Origin: a phage
Reading direction: 5' to 3' (one strand)
Sequence record: PZ452584.1
Length of the DNA: 64,000 nucleotides
Shown here: positions 20,946 to 31,918 of the stretch, one piece after another
Numbering within the stretch: position 1 is the first letter of the stretch
Layout: the number at the start of each line of letters is the position of its first letter
Notes under the pieces: generated by a model
Databases searched by the model: none
What the model was told of the DNA's origin: nothing
Seen by the model: only the letters and a program-made list of their open reading frames with translations
Translations under genes and position numbers: made by a program

Positions 20946-23900
20946 ATGGCCGAGATTAAAAGAAAGTTCAGAGCAGAAGACGGTCTGGACGCAGGTGGTG
21001 ATAAAATAATCAACGTAGCTTTAGCTGATCGTGCCGTAGGAACTGACGGTGTTAACGTTGATTACTTAATTCAAGAAAACACAGTTCAACAATACGATCC
21101 AACTCGTGGATATTTAAAAGATTTTGTAATCATTTATGATAACCGCTTTTGGGCTGCTATAAATGATATTCCGAAACCAGCAGGAGCTTTTAATAGCGTA
21201 CGCTGGAGAGCATTACGTACTGATGCAAACTGGACAACTGTTTCATCAGGACCTTATCAATTAAAGTCAGGCGAATCAATTTCAGTTGATACTGCAGCCG
21301 GTAATGACATTACATTTACTTTACCATCTACCCCAATTGACGGTGATACTATCGTTCTCCAAGATATTGGAGGAAAACCTGGAGTTAATCAAGTTTTAAT
21401 TACAGCTCCGGTACAAAGCATTGTAAATTTTAGAGGTCAGCAAGTACGTTCAGTACTAATGACTCATCCAAAATCACAGATAGTTTTAATTTTTAGTAAT
21501 CGTCTGTGGCAAATGTATGTCGCTGATTATAGTAGAGAAGCTGTAGTTGTAACGCCTGCGAGTCTCTATCAGGCTCAATCAAACGATTTTATCGTACGTA
21601 GATTTACTTCTGCTGCACCAATTAATGTTAAACTTCCAAGATTTGCTAATCATGGCGATATTATTAATTTCGTTGATTTAGATAAATTAAATCCTCTTTA
21701 TCACACAATTGTTACTACATATGATGAAACAACTTCAGTACAAGAAGTTGGAACTCATTCCATTGAAGGTCGTACATCGATTGACGGTTTCTTGATGTTT
21801 GATGATAATGAGAAATTGTGGAGATTGTTTGACGGGGATAGTAAAGCGCGTTTACGCATTATAACGACTAATTCTAATATTCGTCCAAATGAAGAAGTTA
21901 TGGTATTTGGTGCGAATAACGGAACAGCTCAGACAATTGAACTTCAGCTTCCGACTGATATTTCTGTTGGTGATACTGTCAAAATTTCCATGAATTACAT
22001 GAGAAAAGGACAAACGGTTAAAATCAAAGCTGCAGGTGAAGATAAAATTGCTTCTTCAGTTCAATTGCTGCAATTCCCAAAACGCTCAGAATATCCACCT
22101 GAAGCTGAGTGGGTTACAGTTCAAGAATTAGTTTTTAACGGTGAAACTAATTATGTTCCAGTTTTGGAGCTTGCTTATATTGAAGATTCTGATGGAAAAT
22201 ATTGGGTTGTACAGCAAAACGTTCCAACTGTAGAAAGAGTAGATTCTTTAAATGATTCTACTAGAGCAAGATTAGGGGTAATTGCTTTAGCTACGCAAGC
22301 TCAAGCTAATGCTGATTTAGAAAATTCTCCACAAAAAGAATTGGCAATTACTCCAGAAACGTTAGCTAATCGTACTGCTACAGAAACTCGTAGAGGTATT
22401 GCAAGAATAGCAACTACTGCTCAAGTTAACCAGGATACTACATTCTCTTTTGCTGATGACCTTATCATTACTCCTAAAAAGCTGAATGAAAGAACGGCTA
22501 CTGAAACTCGTAGAGGTATTGCTGAAATTGCTACACAGCAAGAAACTAATACAGGAACCGATGATACTACAATCATTACTCCTAAAAAGCTTCAAGCTCG
22601 TCAAGGTTCTGAATCATTATCTGGTATTGTAACCTTTGTATCTACTGCAGGTGCTACTCCAGCTTCTAGCCGTGAATTAAATGGTACGAATGTTTATAAT
22701 AAAAACACTAATAATTTAGTTGTTTCGCCTAAAGCTTTGGATCAGTATAAAGCTACTCCAACGCAGCAAGGTGCAGTAATTTTAGCAGTTGAAAGTGAAG
22801 TAATTGCTGGACAAAGTCAGGAAGGATGGGCAAATGCTGTTGTAACGCCAGAAACGTTACATAAAAAGACATCAACTGATGCAAGAATTGGTTTAATTGA
22901 AATTGCTACACAAAGTGAAGTTAATACAGGAACTGACTATACACGTGCAGTCACTCCTAAAACTTTAAATGACCGTAGAGCAACTGAAAGTTTAAGTGGT
23001 ATAGCTGAAATTGCTACGCAAGTTGAATTCGACGCAGGCGTCGACGATACTCGTATCTCTACACCATTAAAAATTAAAACCAGATTTAATAGTACTGATC
23101 GTACTTCTGTTGTTGCTCTATCTGGATTAGTTGAATCAGGAACTCTCTGGGACCATTATACACTTAATATTCTTGAAGCAAATGAGACACAGCGTGGTAC
23201 ACTTCGTGTAGCTACACAGGTCGAAGCTGCTGCAGGAACACTAGATAATGTTTTAATAACTCCTAAAAAGCTTTTAGGTACTAAATCTACCGAATCGCAA
23301 GAAGGTGTTATTAAAGTTGCAACTCAGTCTGAAGCTGTGGCTGGAACGTCAGCAAATACTGCTATATCTCCAAAAAATTTAAAATGGATTGTGCAGAGTG
23401 AACCTACCTGGGCAGCTACTACTGCGATAAGAGGTTTTGTTAAAACTTCATCTGGTTCAATTACATTCGTTGGTAATGATACAGTCGGTTCTACTCAAGA
23501 TTTAGAACTGTATGAGAAAAATAGCTATGCAGTATCACCATATGAATTAAACCGTGTATTAGCAAATTATCTGCCGTTAAAAGCAAAAGCTGTAGATAGT
23601 AATTTATTGGATGGTCTAGATTCATCTCAGTTCATTCGTAGGGATATTGCACAGACGGTTAATGGTTCACTAACCTTAACCCAACAAACGAATCTGAGTG
23701 CCCCTCTTGTATCATCTAGTACTGGTGAATTTGGTGGTTCATTGGCCGCTAATAGAACATTTACCATCCGTAATACAGGAGCCCCGACCAGTATCGTTTT
23801 CGAAAAAGGTCCTGCATCTGGGGCAAATCCTGCACAGTCAATGAGTATTCGTGTATGGGGTAACCAATTTGGCGACGGTAGTGATACAACACGTTCTACT

Positions 23901-24815
23901 GTATTTGAAGTTGGCGATGATACATCTTATCACTTTTATTCTCAACGTAATAAAGATGGTAATATAGCGTTTAGCATTAATGGTACTGTAATGCCAATAA
24001 ATGTTAATGCTTCAGGAACATTGAATGCAAATGGTGTAGCAACATTTGGTAATTCAGTCACTGCAACTGGTGAAATTATTTCTCGAAGCGCAAATGCTTT
24101 CCGTGCTATTAACGGAAATTATGGTTTCATTGTTCGCAATGATGGATCAGTAACGAATTTTATGCTTACTGCATCGGGTGATCAGACTGGCGGATTTAAT
24201 GGATTGCGTCCTTTAGCTATCAATAATGCATCTGGTCAAGTAACGATTGGTGAAAGCTTAATTATTGCCAAAGGTGCTACTATAAATTCAGGCGGTTTGA
24301 CTGTTAACTCGAGAATTCGTTCTCAGGGTACTAAAACATCTGATTTATACACCCGCGCTCCAACATCTGATACAGTAGGATTCTGGTCAATTGATATTAA
24401 CGATTCAGCCACTTATAATCAATTCCCTGGTTATTTTAAAATGGTTGAAAAAACTAATGAAGTGACTGGACTTCCATACTTAGAACGTGGTGAAGAGGTT
24501 AAATCTCCTGGTACACTGACTCAGTTTGGTAACACACTTGATTCGCTTTACCAAGATTGGATTACTTATCCAACAACACCAGAAGCGCGCACCACTCGCT
24601 GGACACGTACATGGCAGAAAACCAAAAACTCTTGGTCAAGTTTTGTTCAGGTATTTGACGGAGGTAACCCTCCTCAGCCATCTGATATCGGTGCTTTACC
24701 ATCTGATAATGCTATAATGGGTAATCTTACTATTCGTGATTTCTTACGAATTGGTAATGTTCGCATTATTCCTGACCCAGTGAATAAAACTGTTAAATTT
24801 GAATGGGTTGAATAA
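20946..24815 (+). CDS. 34: gp34 long tail fibre proximal subunit
   Basis: 1289-aa ORF, same length as T4 gp34; repetitive ATETRRGIA / ITPKKL segments; late promoter upstream. Confidence 0.93.
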   Translation: MAEIKRKFRAEDGLDAGGDKIINVALADRAVGTDGVNVDYLIQENTVQQYDPTRGYLKDFVIIYDNRFWAAINDIPKPAGAFNSVRWRALRTDANWTTVSSGPYQLKSGESISVDTAAGNDITFTLPSTPIDGDTIVLQDIGGKPGVNQVLITAPVQSIVNFRGQQVRSVLMTHPKSQIVLIFSNRLWQMYVADYSREAVVVTPASLYQAQSNDFIVRRFTSAAPINVKLPRFANHGDIINFVDLDKLNPLYHTIVTTYDETTSVQEVGTHSIEGRTSIDGFLMFDDNEKLWRLFDGDSKARLRIITTNSNIRPNEEVMVFGANNGTAQTIELQLPTDISVGDTVKISMNYMRKGQTVKIKAAGEDKIASSVQLLQFPKRSEYPPEAEWVTVQELVFNGETNYVPVLELAYIEDSDGKYWVVQQNVPTVERVDSLNDSTRARLGVIALATQAQANADLENSPQKELAITPETLANRTATETRRGIARIATTAQVNQDTTFSFADDLIITPKKLNERTATETRRGIAEIATQQETNTGTDDTTIITPKKLQARQGSESLSGIVTFVSTAGATPASSRELNGTNVYNKNTNNLVVSPKALDQYKATPTQQGAVILAVESEVIAGQSQEGWANAVVTPETLHKKTSTDARIGLIEIATQSEVNTGTDYTRAVTPKTLNDRRATESLSGIAEIATQVEFDAGVDDTRISTPLKIKTRFNSTDRTSVVALSGLVESGTLWDHYTLNILEANETQRGTLRVATQVEAAAGTLDNVLITPKKLLGTKSTESQEGVIKVATQSEAVAGTSANTAISPKNLKWIVQSEPTWAATTAIRGFVKTSSGSITFVGNDTVGSTQDLELYEKNSYAVSPYELNRVLANYLPLKAKAVDSNLLDGLDSSQFIRRDIAQTVNGSLTLTQQTNLSAPLVSSSTGEFGGSLAANRTFTIRNTGAPTSIVFEKGPASGANPAQSMSIRVWGNQFGDGSDTTRSTVFEVGDDTSYHFYSQRNKDGNIAFSINGTVMPINVNASGTLNANGVATFGNSVTATGEIISRSANAFRAINGNYGFIVRNDGSVTNFMLTASGDQTGGFNGLRPLAINNASGQVTIGESLIIAKGATINSGGLTVNSRIRSQGTKTSDLYTRAPTSDTVGFWSIDINDSATYNQFPGYFKMVEKTNEVTGLPYLERGEEVKSPGTLTQFGNTLDSLYQDWITYPTTPEARTTRWTRTWQKTKNSWSSFVQVFDGGNPPQPSDIGALPSDNAIMGNLTIRDFLRIGNVRIIPDPVNKTVKFEWVE

Positions 24816-24823
24816 GAGGTATT

Positions 24824-25942
24824 ATGGAAAAATTTATGGCAGAGTTTGGACAAGGATATGTCCAAACGCCATTTTTATCGGAAAGCAATTCAGTAAGATA
24901 CAAAATAAGTATAGCGGGTTCTTGCCCGCTTTCTACTGCAGGACCACCATATGTTAAATTTCAGGATAATCCTGTAGGAAGTCAAACATTTAGCGCAGGC
25001 CTTCATTTAAGAGTTTTTGACCCTTCCACCGGAGCATTAGTTGATAGTAAGTCATATGCTTTTTCGACTTCAAATGATACTACATCTGCTGCCTTTGTTA
25101 GTTTCATGAATTCTATTTCAAGCAATAGACTTGTTGCTATATTAACTAACGGAAAGGTTAATTTTCCTCCTGAAGTACTATCTTGGTTAAGAACAGCAGG
25201 AACGTCTGCTTTTCCATCTGACTCTGTATTGTTAAGATTTGATGTATCATATGCTGCTTTTTACACTTCTTCTAAAAGAGCTATTGCATTAGAGCATGTT
25301 AAATTAAGTAATAGAAAAAGCACAGATGATTATCAAACTATTTTAGATGTTGTATTTGACAGTTTAGAAGACGTTGGAGCTACCGGGTTTCCAAGAAGAA
25401 CATATGAAAGCGTTGAGCAATTCATGTCAGCAGTTGGTGGAACTAATAACGAAATTGCGCGTCTACCAACTTCATCCGCGATAAGTAAACTTTCTGACTA
25501 CAATTTAATTCCTGGTGATGTGCTTTATCTTAAAGCACAACTATATGCTGATGCAGATTTACTCGCTCTTGGAACTACGAATATATCTATTAGATTTTAT
25601 AATGAATCGGATGGATATATTTCTTCAACACACGCTGAGTTTACTGGTCAAGCTGGGTCATGGGAATTAAAGGAAGACTATGTAGTTGTTCCTGAAAATG
25701 CAGTAGGATTTACGATATATGCACAAAGAACTGCACAAGCAGGTCAAGGTGGCATGAGGAATTTAAGTTTTTCTGAAGTATCAAGAAATGGCGGAATTTC
25801 AAAACCTGCAGAATTTGGCGTCAATGGTATTCGAGTTAATTATGTCTGTGAATCTGCTTCACCTCCAGATATAATGGTACTTCCTACACAAGCATCGTCT
25901 AAAACTGGTAAAGTGTTTGGACAAGAATTTAGAGAAGTATAA
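24824..25942 (+). CDS. 35: gp35 long tail fibre hinge connector
   Basis: 372-aa ORF directly after gene 34; same length as T4 gp35. Confidence 0.88.
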   Translation: MEKFMAEFGQGYVQTPFLSESNSVRYKISIAGSCPLSTAGPPYVKFQDNPVGSQTFSAGLHLRVFDPSTGALVDSKSYAFSTSNDTTSAAFVSFMNSISSNRLVAILTNGKVNFPPEVLSWLRTAGTSAFPSDSVLLRFDVSYAAFYTSSKRAIALEHVKLSNRKSTDDYQTILDVVFDSLEDVGATGFPRRTYESVEQFMSAVGGTNNEIARLPTSSAISKLSDYNLIPGDVLYLKAQLYADADLLALGTTNISIRFYNESDGYISSTHAEFTGQAGSWELKEDYVVVPENAVGFTIYAQRTAQAGQGGMRNLSFSEVSRNGGISKPAEFGVNGIRVNYVCESASPPDIMVLPTQASSKTGKVFGQEFREV

Positions 25943-25947
25943 ATTGA

Positions 25948-25972
25948 GGGAGCCTTCGGGTTCCCTTTTTTC
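25948..25972 (+). terminator. intrinsic terminator downstream of gene 35
   Basis: gggagcc ttcg ggttccc hairpin followed by TTTTTTC. Confidence 0.65.
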
Positions 25973-25974
25973 TT

Positions 25975-25982
25975 TATAAATA
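25975..25982 (+). promoter_or_regulatory. late promoter TATAAATA for gene 36
   Basis: Exact TATAAATA 24 nt upstream of gene 36 ATG, just after terminator. Confidence 0.7.
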
Positions 25983-26005
25983 CTATTAAAATAAAGGGGC
26001 ATACA

Positions 26006-26671
26006 ATGGCTGATTTAAAAGTAGGTTCAACAACTGGAGGCTCTGTCATTTGGCATCAAGGAAATTTTCCATTGAATCCAGCCGGTGACGATGTACTCTA
26101 TAAATCATTTAAAATATATTCAGAATATAATAAACCACAAGCTGATGATAACGATTTCGTTTCTAAAGCTAATGGTGGTACTTATGCATCAAAGGTAACA
26201 TTTAACGGCGGTGTCCAAGTCCCGTATGCTCCAAACATCATGAACCCATGCGGTATTTATGGGGGTAACGGTGATGGTGCTACTTTTGATAAAGCAAATA
26301 TCGATATTGTTTCGTGGTATGGCGTAGGATTTAAATCGTCATTTGGTTCAACAGACCGAACTGTTGTAATTAATACACGCAATGGTGATATTAGTACAAA
26401 AGGTACAGTGGCTGCATCAAAACAAGTAAAAAGTGATGCGGCTGCTCCTATAGCAGCGAATGATCTTACTAGAAAGGACTATGTTGATGGAGCAATAAAT
26501 ATTGTTACAGCAAACGCAAACTCTAGGGTATTACGCTCTGGAGACACTATGACAGGAAATTTAACTGCGCCAAACCTTTTTTCACAGAATCCTGCATCTC
26601 AACCCTCACATGTTCCACGATTTGATCAAATTGTTATTAAGGATTCTGTTCAAGATTTCGGCTATTATTAA
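26006..26671 (+). CDS. 36: gp36 long tail fibre distal connector
   Basis: 221-aa ORF; same length and position as T4 gp36; own late promoter. Confidence 0.88.
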   Translation: MADLKVGSTTGGSVIWHQGNFPLNPAGDDVLYKSFKIYSEYNKPQADDNDFVSKANGGTYASKVTFNGGVQVPYAPNIMNPCGIYGGNGDGATFDKANIDIVSWYGVGFKSSFGSTDRTVVINTRNGDISTKGTVAASKQVKSDAAAPIAANDLTRKDYVDGAINIVTANANSRVLRSGDTMTGNLTAPNLFSQNPASQPSHVPRFDQIVIKDSVQDFGYY

Positions 26672-26679
26672 GAGGACTT

Positions 26680-29600
26680 ATGGCTACTTTAAAACAAATA
26701 CAATTTAAAAGAAGCAAAACCGCAGGAGCACGTCCTGCCGCTTCAGTATTAGCCGAAGGTGAATTGGCTATAAACTTAAAAGACCGTGTACTTTTTACTA
26801 AAGATGACCAAGGAAATATTATTGATCTTGGTTTTGCTAAGGGCGGTAGTATTGACGGGAATGTTATTCATATAGGAAACTATAACCAAACTGGTGATTA
26901 TACTTTAAATGGCGCATTAACTCAGACAGGTAATTTTAATTTAACTGGTATTGCTCGAGTAACTCGCGATATTATTGCCGCTGGGCAGATTATGACTGAA
27001 GGCGGAGAACTTATTACAAAAAGTTCAGGTACAGCACATGTTCGTTTTTTCGATGGCAATAGCCGCGAACGTGGAATCATTTATGCCCCGGCTAATGATG
27101 GTTTAACTACACAAGTACTTAATATCAGGGTTCAAGACTATGCCGCTGGTAGCGAAAGCACTTATGCATTTTCAGGCAGTGGCCTATTTACTTCACCTGA
27201 AGTATCAGCATGGAAATCTATTTCGTCTCCACAAATTCTGACCGACAAAGTTATTACAAACGGGAAGAAGACAGGCGATTATGATATCTATTCATTATCA
27301 AATAACACTCCATTGGCAGAAAGCGAAACGGCTATTAACCACCTCCGTGTTATGCGAAATGCTGTAGGAGCAGGTATTTTCCACGAAGTTAATGTTAATG
27401 ACGGAATAACCTGGTATTCCGGAGATGGCTTAAACACTTATCTTTGGTCGTTTAACTGGTCCGGTGGATTGAAAGCGGGTCATTCTATTTCTGTAGGTCT
27501 TCCTCACGGTTCTAAAAATTATTCAGAAATGGGCACGGCTTCTATTGCTTTAGGAGATAATGATACTGGGTTTCAATGGCATCAGGACGGATATTATTTT
27601 AGCGTTAATAATGGAATAAAAACGTTTTTATTTAGTCCCAGCGAAACAACTAGCCTAAGAAAATTTGTAGCTGGATATTCTACTAACGGAACCGATTTAA
27701 CTACTCCTCCGACTGAAAACTATGCTCTTGCTACTGTCGTGACATATCACGATAATAACGCGTTTGGAGATGGCCAGACTCTTTTAGGATATTATCAAGG
27801 CGGTAATTATCATCACTATTTCCGTGGTAAAGGTACTACAAACATTAATACTCACGGCGGTTTGTTAGTTACTCCCGGTAATGTAGATGTGGTCGGCGGC
27901 ATGGTTACCATTGATGGTAAAAATTATGCTTCTAGTGTGCTTTTTAAAGGAAATACTACAGGATATAGTTCAGTTGATAATATAGAGCTCAAAGTTTGGG
28001 GTGACACTTTTAATACGGTAGGTGGTACTCGTAAAAACGTAATGGAAACATCTGATGCTACTGGCTGGATGCATTATATTCAACGAACTACAGCAGGTAA
28101 AGTTGAGTCCTATTTAAATGGTACCATGAATGTAAATGAAAGCATCAACGTCAGTAAAGAAGTTAACGCCTCTGGCACTATTGCTAGTAATGCTGTCAAT
28201 GCGCTTCGCATTTGGAATGCAGATTATGGAGCCATTTTTAGACGTTCAGAAGGCAGTCTTCATATTATTCCAACTGCTTATGGTGAAGGCAAAAATGGTG
28301 ATATCGGTCCACTTCGCCCGTTTAGTATGGCTTTAGATACCGGTAAAGTTACTATTCCAGATTTACAATCAAGTTACAATACGTTCGCTGCGAACGGCTA
28401 TATTAAATTTGTTGGTCATGGAGCGGGTGCTGGCGAATATGATATTCAATACGACCAAGCAGCTCCCATTTTCCAGGAAATCGATGATGATGCCGTAAGT
28501 AAATATTACCCAATTGTTAAGCAAAAATACCTTCAAGGTAAAGCTGTGTGGTCTTTAGGTACTGAAATAGAATCTGGTACTTTTATTTTACATCATTTAA
28601 AAGAAGATGGAACACAAGCCCATACCTCAAGATTTAATGCTGATGGTACAGTTAACTTCCCTGATAACGTGCAGGTTGGTGGGGGTGAAGCTACTATTGG
28701 CAAAAATGGTAACATCTGGTCTGATATCTGGAAAACGTTTACTTCTGCCGGTGATGTAACCAATCTTCTTGGTGCTGTCTATAGCCGTGTTTCAAAAGAA
28801 GGCGATACGCTGACAGGCCGCTTAACTATTAATGCCAACTCGGATGCTATTGTTATTAACAGTGCTGCAACCGAATCTGGTTATGTGAAAGGACAAAAAG
28901 CAGGCGTTGATAACTGGTATGTAGGTAATGGCGGCGCCGATAATGCTCTATCGTTTTATAGTTTCAGAACCAATTCAGGCGTTAATATTCATAATAGTGG
29001 AGAAATTGCTTTAGCTCCTCAAGGGTCGGATACTTTTTATTTTAATAGGGACCGTCTTTATATAAAGGGTTCGCACTGGGTTGCACATAAATCTGGCGCT
29101 TGGGCCGACCAATGGGGCTTAGAAGCTCCTGTGTTTGTGGATTTTGGTAATGTTGGTAATGATAGTTATTATCCTATTATTAAAGGAAGATCTGGTATTA
29201 CGAATGAAGGATACATATCTGGTGTTGATTTTGGTATGCGACGCATTACTAATAACTGGGCACAAGGTATTATCCGTGTAGGTAATCAGGAAAACGGTTC
29301 CGACCCACAAGCTATCTATGAATTTCACCACAATGGAGTTATGTATGTTCCTAACATGGTTAAAACCGGAGCAAGATTATCAGCTGGCGCTGGTGACCCG
29401 GTGTGGCAAGGCGCATGCGTTGCTATTGGTGATAATGATACCGGATTAGTTCATGGTGGTGATGGGCGAATTAATATGGTTGCAAATGGAGTGCATATTG
29501 CTTCATGGTCTTCATCCCATCATGAACACACTGGGCTTTGGGGCACCGACGGCGCGTTTTGGACTGAAACCGGAAGAGCTATTATTTCATTTGGACATTT

Positions 29601-29988
29601 AATTCAACAGAATGACAGCTATTCAACATATGTCCGCGATGTTTATGTCCGCTCTGATATTCGTGTTAAAAAGAACCTCGTTAAATTTGAAAATGCTTCT
29701 GAGAAGCTTTCTAAAATTAACGGTTACACTTATATGCAGAAGCGAGGCCTAGATGAAGAAGGTAATCAGAAATGGGAACCTAACGCCGGTTTGATAGCTC
29801 AAGAAGTTCAAGCTATTTTACCAGAATTAGTTGAAGGTGACCCGGATGGTGAAGCTTTACTTCGTTTGAACTATAATGGTATAATTGGTTTAAATACAGC
29901 TGCAATCAATGAGCATACTGCAGAAATTGCAGAACTTAAGTCAGAGATTGAAGAGCTTAAAAAATTAGTTAAATCATTGTTAAAATAA
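26680..29988 (+). CDS. 37: gp37 long tail fibre distal subunit with C-terminal intramolecular-chaperone-like domain
   Basis: 1102-aa ORF following gene 36; N-terminus conserved with T-even gp37; C-terminus DIRVKKNL...coiled-coil resembles self-cleaving chaperone domains. Confidence 0.88.
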   Translation: MATLKQIQFKRSKTAGARPAASVLAEGELAINLKDRVLFTKDDQGNIIDLGFAKGGSIDGNVIHIGNYNQTGDYTLNGALTQTGNFNLTGIARVTRDIIAAGQIMTEGGELITKSSGTAHVRFFDGNSRERGIIYAPANDGLTTQVLNIRVQDYAAGSESTYAFSGSGLFTSPEVSAWKSISSPQILTDKVITNGKKTGDYDIYSLSNNTPLAESETAINHLRVMRNAVGAGIFHEVNVNDGITWYSGDGLNTYLWSFNWSGGLKAGHSISVGLPHGSKNYSEMGTASIALGDNDTGFQWHQDGYYFSVNNGIKTFLFSPSETTSLRKFVAGYSTNGTDLTTPPTENYALATVVTYHDNNAFGDGQTLLGYYQGGNYHHYFRGKGTTNINTHGGLLVTPGNVDVVGGMVTIDGKNYASSVLFKGNTTGYSSVDNIELKVWGDTFNTVGGTRKNVMETSDATGWMHYIQRTTAGKVESYLNGTMNVNESINVSKEVNASGTIASNAVNALRIWNADYGAIFRRSEGSLHIIPTAYGEGKNGDIGPLRPFSMALDTGKVTIPDLQSSYNTFAANGYIKFVGHGAGAGEYDIQYDQAAPIFQEIDDDAVSKYYPIVKQKYLQGKAVWSLGTEIESGTFILHHLKEDGTQAHTSRFNADGTVNFPDNVQVGGGEATIGKNGNIWSDIWKTFTSAGDVTNLLGAVYSRVSKEGDTLTGRLTINANSDAIVINSAATESGYVKGQKAGVDNWYVGNGGADNALSFYSFRTNSGVNIHNSGEIALAPQGSDTFYFNRDRLYIKGSHWVAHKSGAWADQWGLEAPVFVDFGNVGNDSYYPIIKGRSGITNEGYISGVDFGMRRITNNWAQGIIRVGNQENGSDPQAIYEFHHNGVMYVPNMVKTGARLSAGAGDPVWQGACVAIGDNDTGLVHGGDGRINMVANGVHIASWSSSHHEHTGLWGTDGAFWTETGRAIISFGHLIQQNDSYSTYVRDVYVRSDIRVKKNLVKFENASEKLSKINGYTYMQKRGLDEEGNQKWEPNAGLIAQEVQAILPELVEGDPDGEALLRLNYNGIIGLNTAAINEHTAEIAELKSEIEELKKLVKSLLK

Positions 29989-29993
29989 TAAGA

Positions 29994-30007
29994 GGGGCTT
30001 CGGCCCC
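29994..30007 (+). other. GGGGC-UUCG-GCCCC hairpin between genes 37 and 38
   Basis: No T-run; directly followed by gene 38 RBS, so probably a stabilising or processing hairpin. Confidence 0.4.
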
Positions 30008-30019
30008 TTGGAGGTTTAT

Positions 30020-30793
30020 ATGGCAGTTGAAGGACCGTGGGTAGGATGGTCTGCGAGGGTACAAACTGGAGACCCTTGGATGGGTGGTGCCGCGCAGAGA
30101 TTGAGAATGGGAATTCCGTTTTGGATGAGTAATATGATAGGTCGATCTGTTGAAGTAATTCACACCCTTGGAGCAGACCATAACTTCAATGGTCAATGGT
30201 TCCGAGACAGATGTTTTGAGGCAGGTAGTACACCTATAGTGTTTAATATCACTGGAGATTTAGTATCATATTCTAAAGATGTTCCTTTATTCTTCATGTA
30301 TGGAGATACACCGAATGAATATGTTCAGTTGAATATACACGGCGTAACGATGTATGGACGTGGCGGTAATGGCGGTAGCAATAGTCCTGGCTCAGCTGGA
30401 GGTCATTGTATTCAAAACGATATTGGTGGGAGACTAAGAATTAATAATGGTGGAGCTATTGCAGGCGGCGGTGGCGGCGGTGGCGGTGGTAACAGGGGTA
30501 GACTAGTATTTGGTGGTGGCGGTGGTCGCCCATTCGGCGGTGGCGGGTCTTCCTCTCATATGAGTTCTGCTGCAACCGCTGGCACCATTTACGCTCCGGG
30601 TGCAGGATCTGTCGGTGAGGGGTCTCTTAGTGCATATACAGGCGGGTCTGGTGGTGAAGTTGGCTCCGCAGGAGGTAGATGTAATACTCACGGTACCGGT
30701 ACAGAATATGACGGCGGTGCTGCTGGTTATGCCGTCATAGGGTCTGCTCCAACGTGGATAAATGTTGGAGCAATATATGGTCCAAGAGTATAA
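30020..30793 (+). CDS. 38: gp38 receptor-recognising adhesin (T2/T6 type, glycine-rich motifs)
   Basis: ATG 30020 with GGAGG 5 nt upstream; 257 aa with poly-Gly blocks ([26 protein letters not shown]); too long for T4-type gp38 chaperone (183 aa). Confidence 0.8.
   Translation: MAVEGPWVGWSARVQTGDPWMGGAAQRLRMGIPFWMSNMIGRSVEVIHTLGADHNFNGQWFRDRCFEAGSTPIVFNITGDLVSYSKDVPLFFMYGDTPNEYVQLNIHGVTMYGRGGNGGSNSPGSAGGHCIQNDIGGRLRINNGGAIAGGGGGGGGGNRGRLVFGGGGGRPFGGGGSSSHMSSAATAGTIYAPGAGSVGEGSLSAYTGGSGGEVGSAGGRCNTHGTGTEYDGGAAGYAVIGSAPTWINVGAIYGPRV
30464..30547 (+). repeat. (GGY)n glycine-codon tracts inside gene 38
   Basis: ggcggcggtggcggcggtggcggtggt and two further GGY runs encoding poly-Gly blocks. Confidence 0.8.
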
Positions 30794-30823
30794 TTTGAAT
30801 AAATATCCTTAAAAGGAGGGTCT

Positions 30824-31480
30824 ATGGCAGCACCTAGAATATCATTTTCGCCCTCTGATATTCTATTTGGTGTTCTAGATCGCTTGTTCAAAGATAACGC
30901 TACCGGGAAAGTTCTTGCTTCCCGGGTAGCTGTCGTAATTCTTTTATTTATGATGGCGATTGTTTGGTATAGGGGAGATAGTTTCTTTGAGTACTATAAG
31001 CAATCAAAGTATGAAACATACAGTGAAATTATTGAAAAGGAAAGAACTGCACGCTTTGAATCTGTCGCCCTGGAACAACTCCAGATAGTTCATATATCAT
31101 CTGAGGCAGACTTTAGTGCGGTATATTCTTTCCGCCCTAAAAACTTAAACTATTTTGTTGATATTATAGCATACGAAGGAAAATTACCTTCAACAATAAG
31201 CGAAAAATCACTTGGAGGATATCCTGTTGATAAAACTATGGATGAATATACAGTTCATTTAAATGGACGTCATTATTATTCCAACTCAAAATTTGCTTTT
31301 TTACCAACTAAAAAGCCTACTCCCGAAATAAACTACATGTACAGTTGTCCATATTTTAATTTGGATAATATCTATGCTGGAACGATAACCATGTACTGGT
31401 ATAGAAATGATCATATAAGTAATGACCGCCTTGAATCAATATGTGCTCAGGCGGCCAGAATATTAGGAAGGGCTAAATAA
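30824..31480 (+). CDS. t: holin T
   Basis: 218-aa ORF MAAPRISFSPSDILFGVLDRLFKDNATGKVLASRVAVVILLF...; matches T4 holin. Confidence 0.92.
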   Translation: MAAPRISFSPSDILFGVLDRLFKDNATGKVLASRVAVVILLFMMAIVWYRGDSFFEYYKQSKYETYSEIIEKERTARFESVALEQLQIVHISSEADFSAVYSFRPKNLNYFVDIIAYEGKLPSTISEKSLGGYPVDKTMDEYTVHLNGRHYYSNSKFAFLPTKKPTPEINYMYSCPYFNLDNIYAGTITMYWYRNDHISNDRLESICAQAARILGRAK

Positions 31481-31753
31481 TTATTTGTTCGTATACATCT
31501 CTAGATATCGATATACACCCTCAAAACCCTCGTTGAATTCGTCGATGAGGGTTTTCTTATCTTCTTGGGTTAATTCAGAAACAATTTTACGGAATGAATT
31601 CTGATTTAACTTTCTACATTCATGCGTTACTCCAATCTCATTCAGAAATGCAATAAAATTAGCACGATTCTCAACAATATCTTCTCTGGAAAATTTAATC
31701 AAAATAGACGCAACAGTAATAATTTCACGAACTGTATCAATGTTTTTATTCAT
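31481..31753 (-). CDS. asiA: AsiA anti-sigma-70 factor
   Basis: 90-aa ORF MNKNIDTVREIITVASILIKFSREDIVENRANFIAFLNEIGVTHE...; matches T4 AsiA. Confidence 0.92.
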   Translation of the reverse strand: MNKNIDTVREIITVASILIKFSREDIVENRANFIAFLNEIGVTHECRKLNQNSFRKIVSELTQEDKKTLIDEFNEGFEGVYRYLEMYTNK

Positions 31754-31765
31754 TAACTATACCAC

Positions 31766-31918
31766 TCAATTAGTTGACTTTGTTATAATATCATCAGACG
31801 CTTGATTTGTAAACTGGTCTGTGTTATTTTCTTCAAAAATTTTTTCTACGAATTCCTTGAACGACTCACGTTCCTGAGCTACATTATGCTCGATTACCTT
31901 TTCAAGATTATGACTCAT
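31766..31918 (-). CDS. small acidic ORF (50 aa), unlisted in track
   Basis: ATG overlaps stop of upstream ORF (ATGA at 31915-31918); contains the asiA early promoter; reality uncertain. Confidence 0.3.
   Translation of the reverse strand: MSHNLEKVIEHNVAQERESFKEFVEKIFEENNTDQFTNQASDDIITKSTN
31785..31814 (-). promoter_or_regulatory. T4-type early promoter upstream of asiA (GTTTAC / TATTAT)
   Basis: gtaaac 31809-31814, ataata 31785-31790, A5T6 tract upstream. Confidence 0.55.

Noticed and set aside
22362-22604. Minus-strand 80-aa ORF
   Set aside because: Inside gene 34; Ser/Cys-rich antisense artefact of the repetitive fibre sequence
29969-30196. Minus-strand 75-aa ORF (and 30503-30691)
   Set aside because: Antisense to genes 37/38; product dominated by Pro/Arg/Thr from antisense glycine codons
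30464-30547. Possible CRISPR-like or tandem repeat
   Set aside because: These are GGY codon runs encoding poly-glycine inside gp38, with no spacer-repeat periodicity
30789-30805. Late promoter for holin t (AATAAATA)
   Set aside because: One mismatch from TATAAATA; t may be co-transcribed with 38, so not listed as a feature
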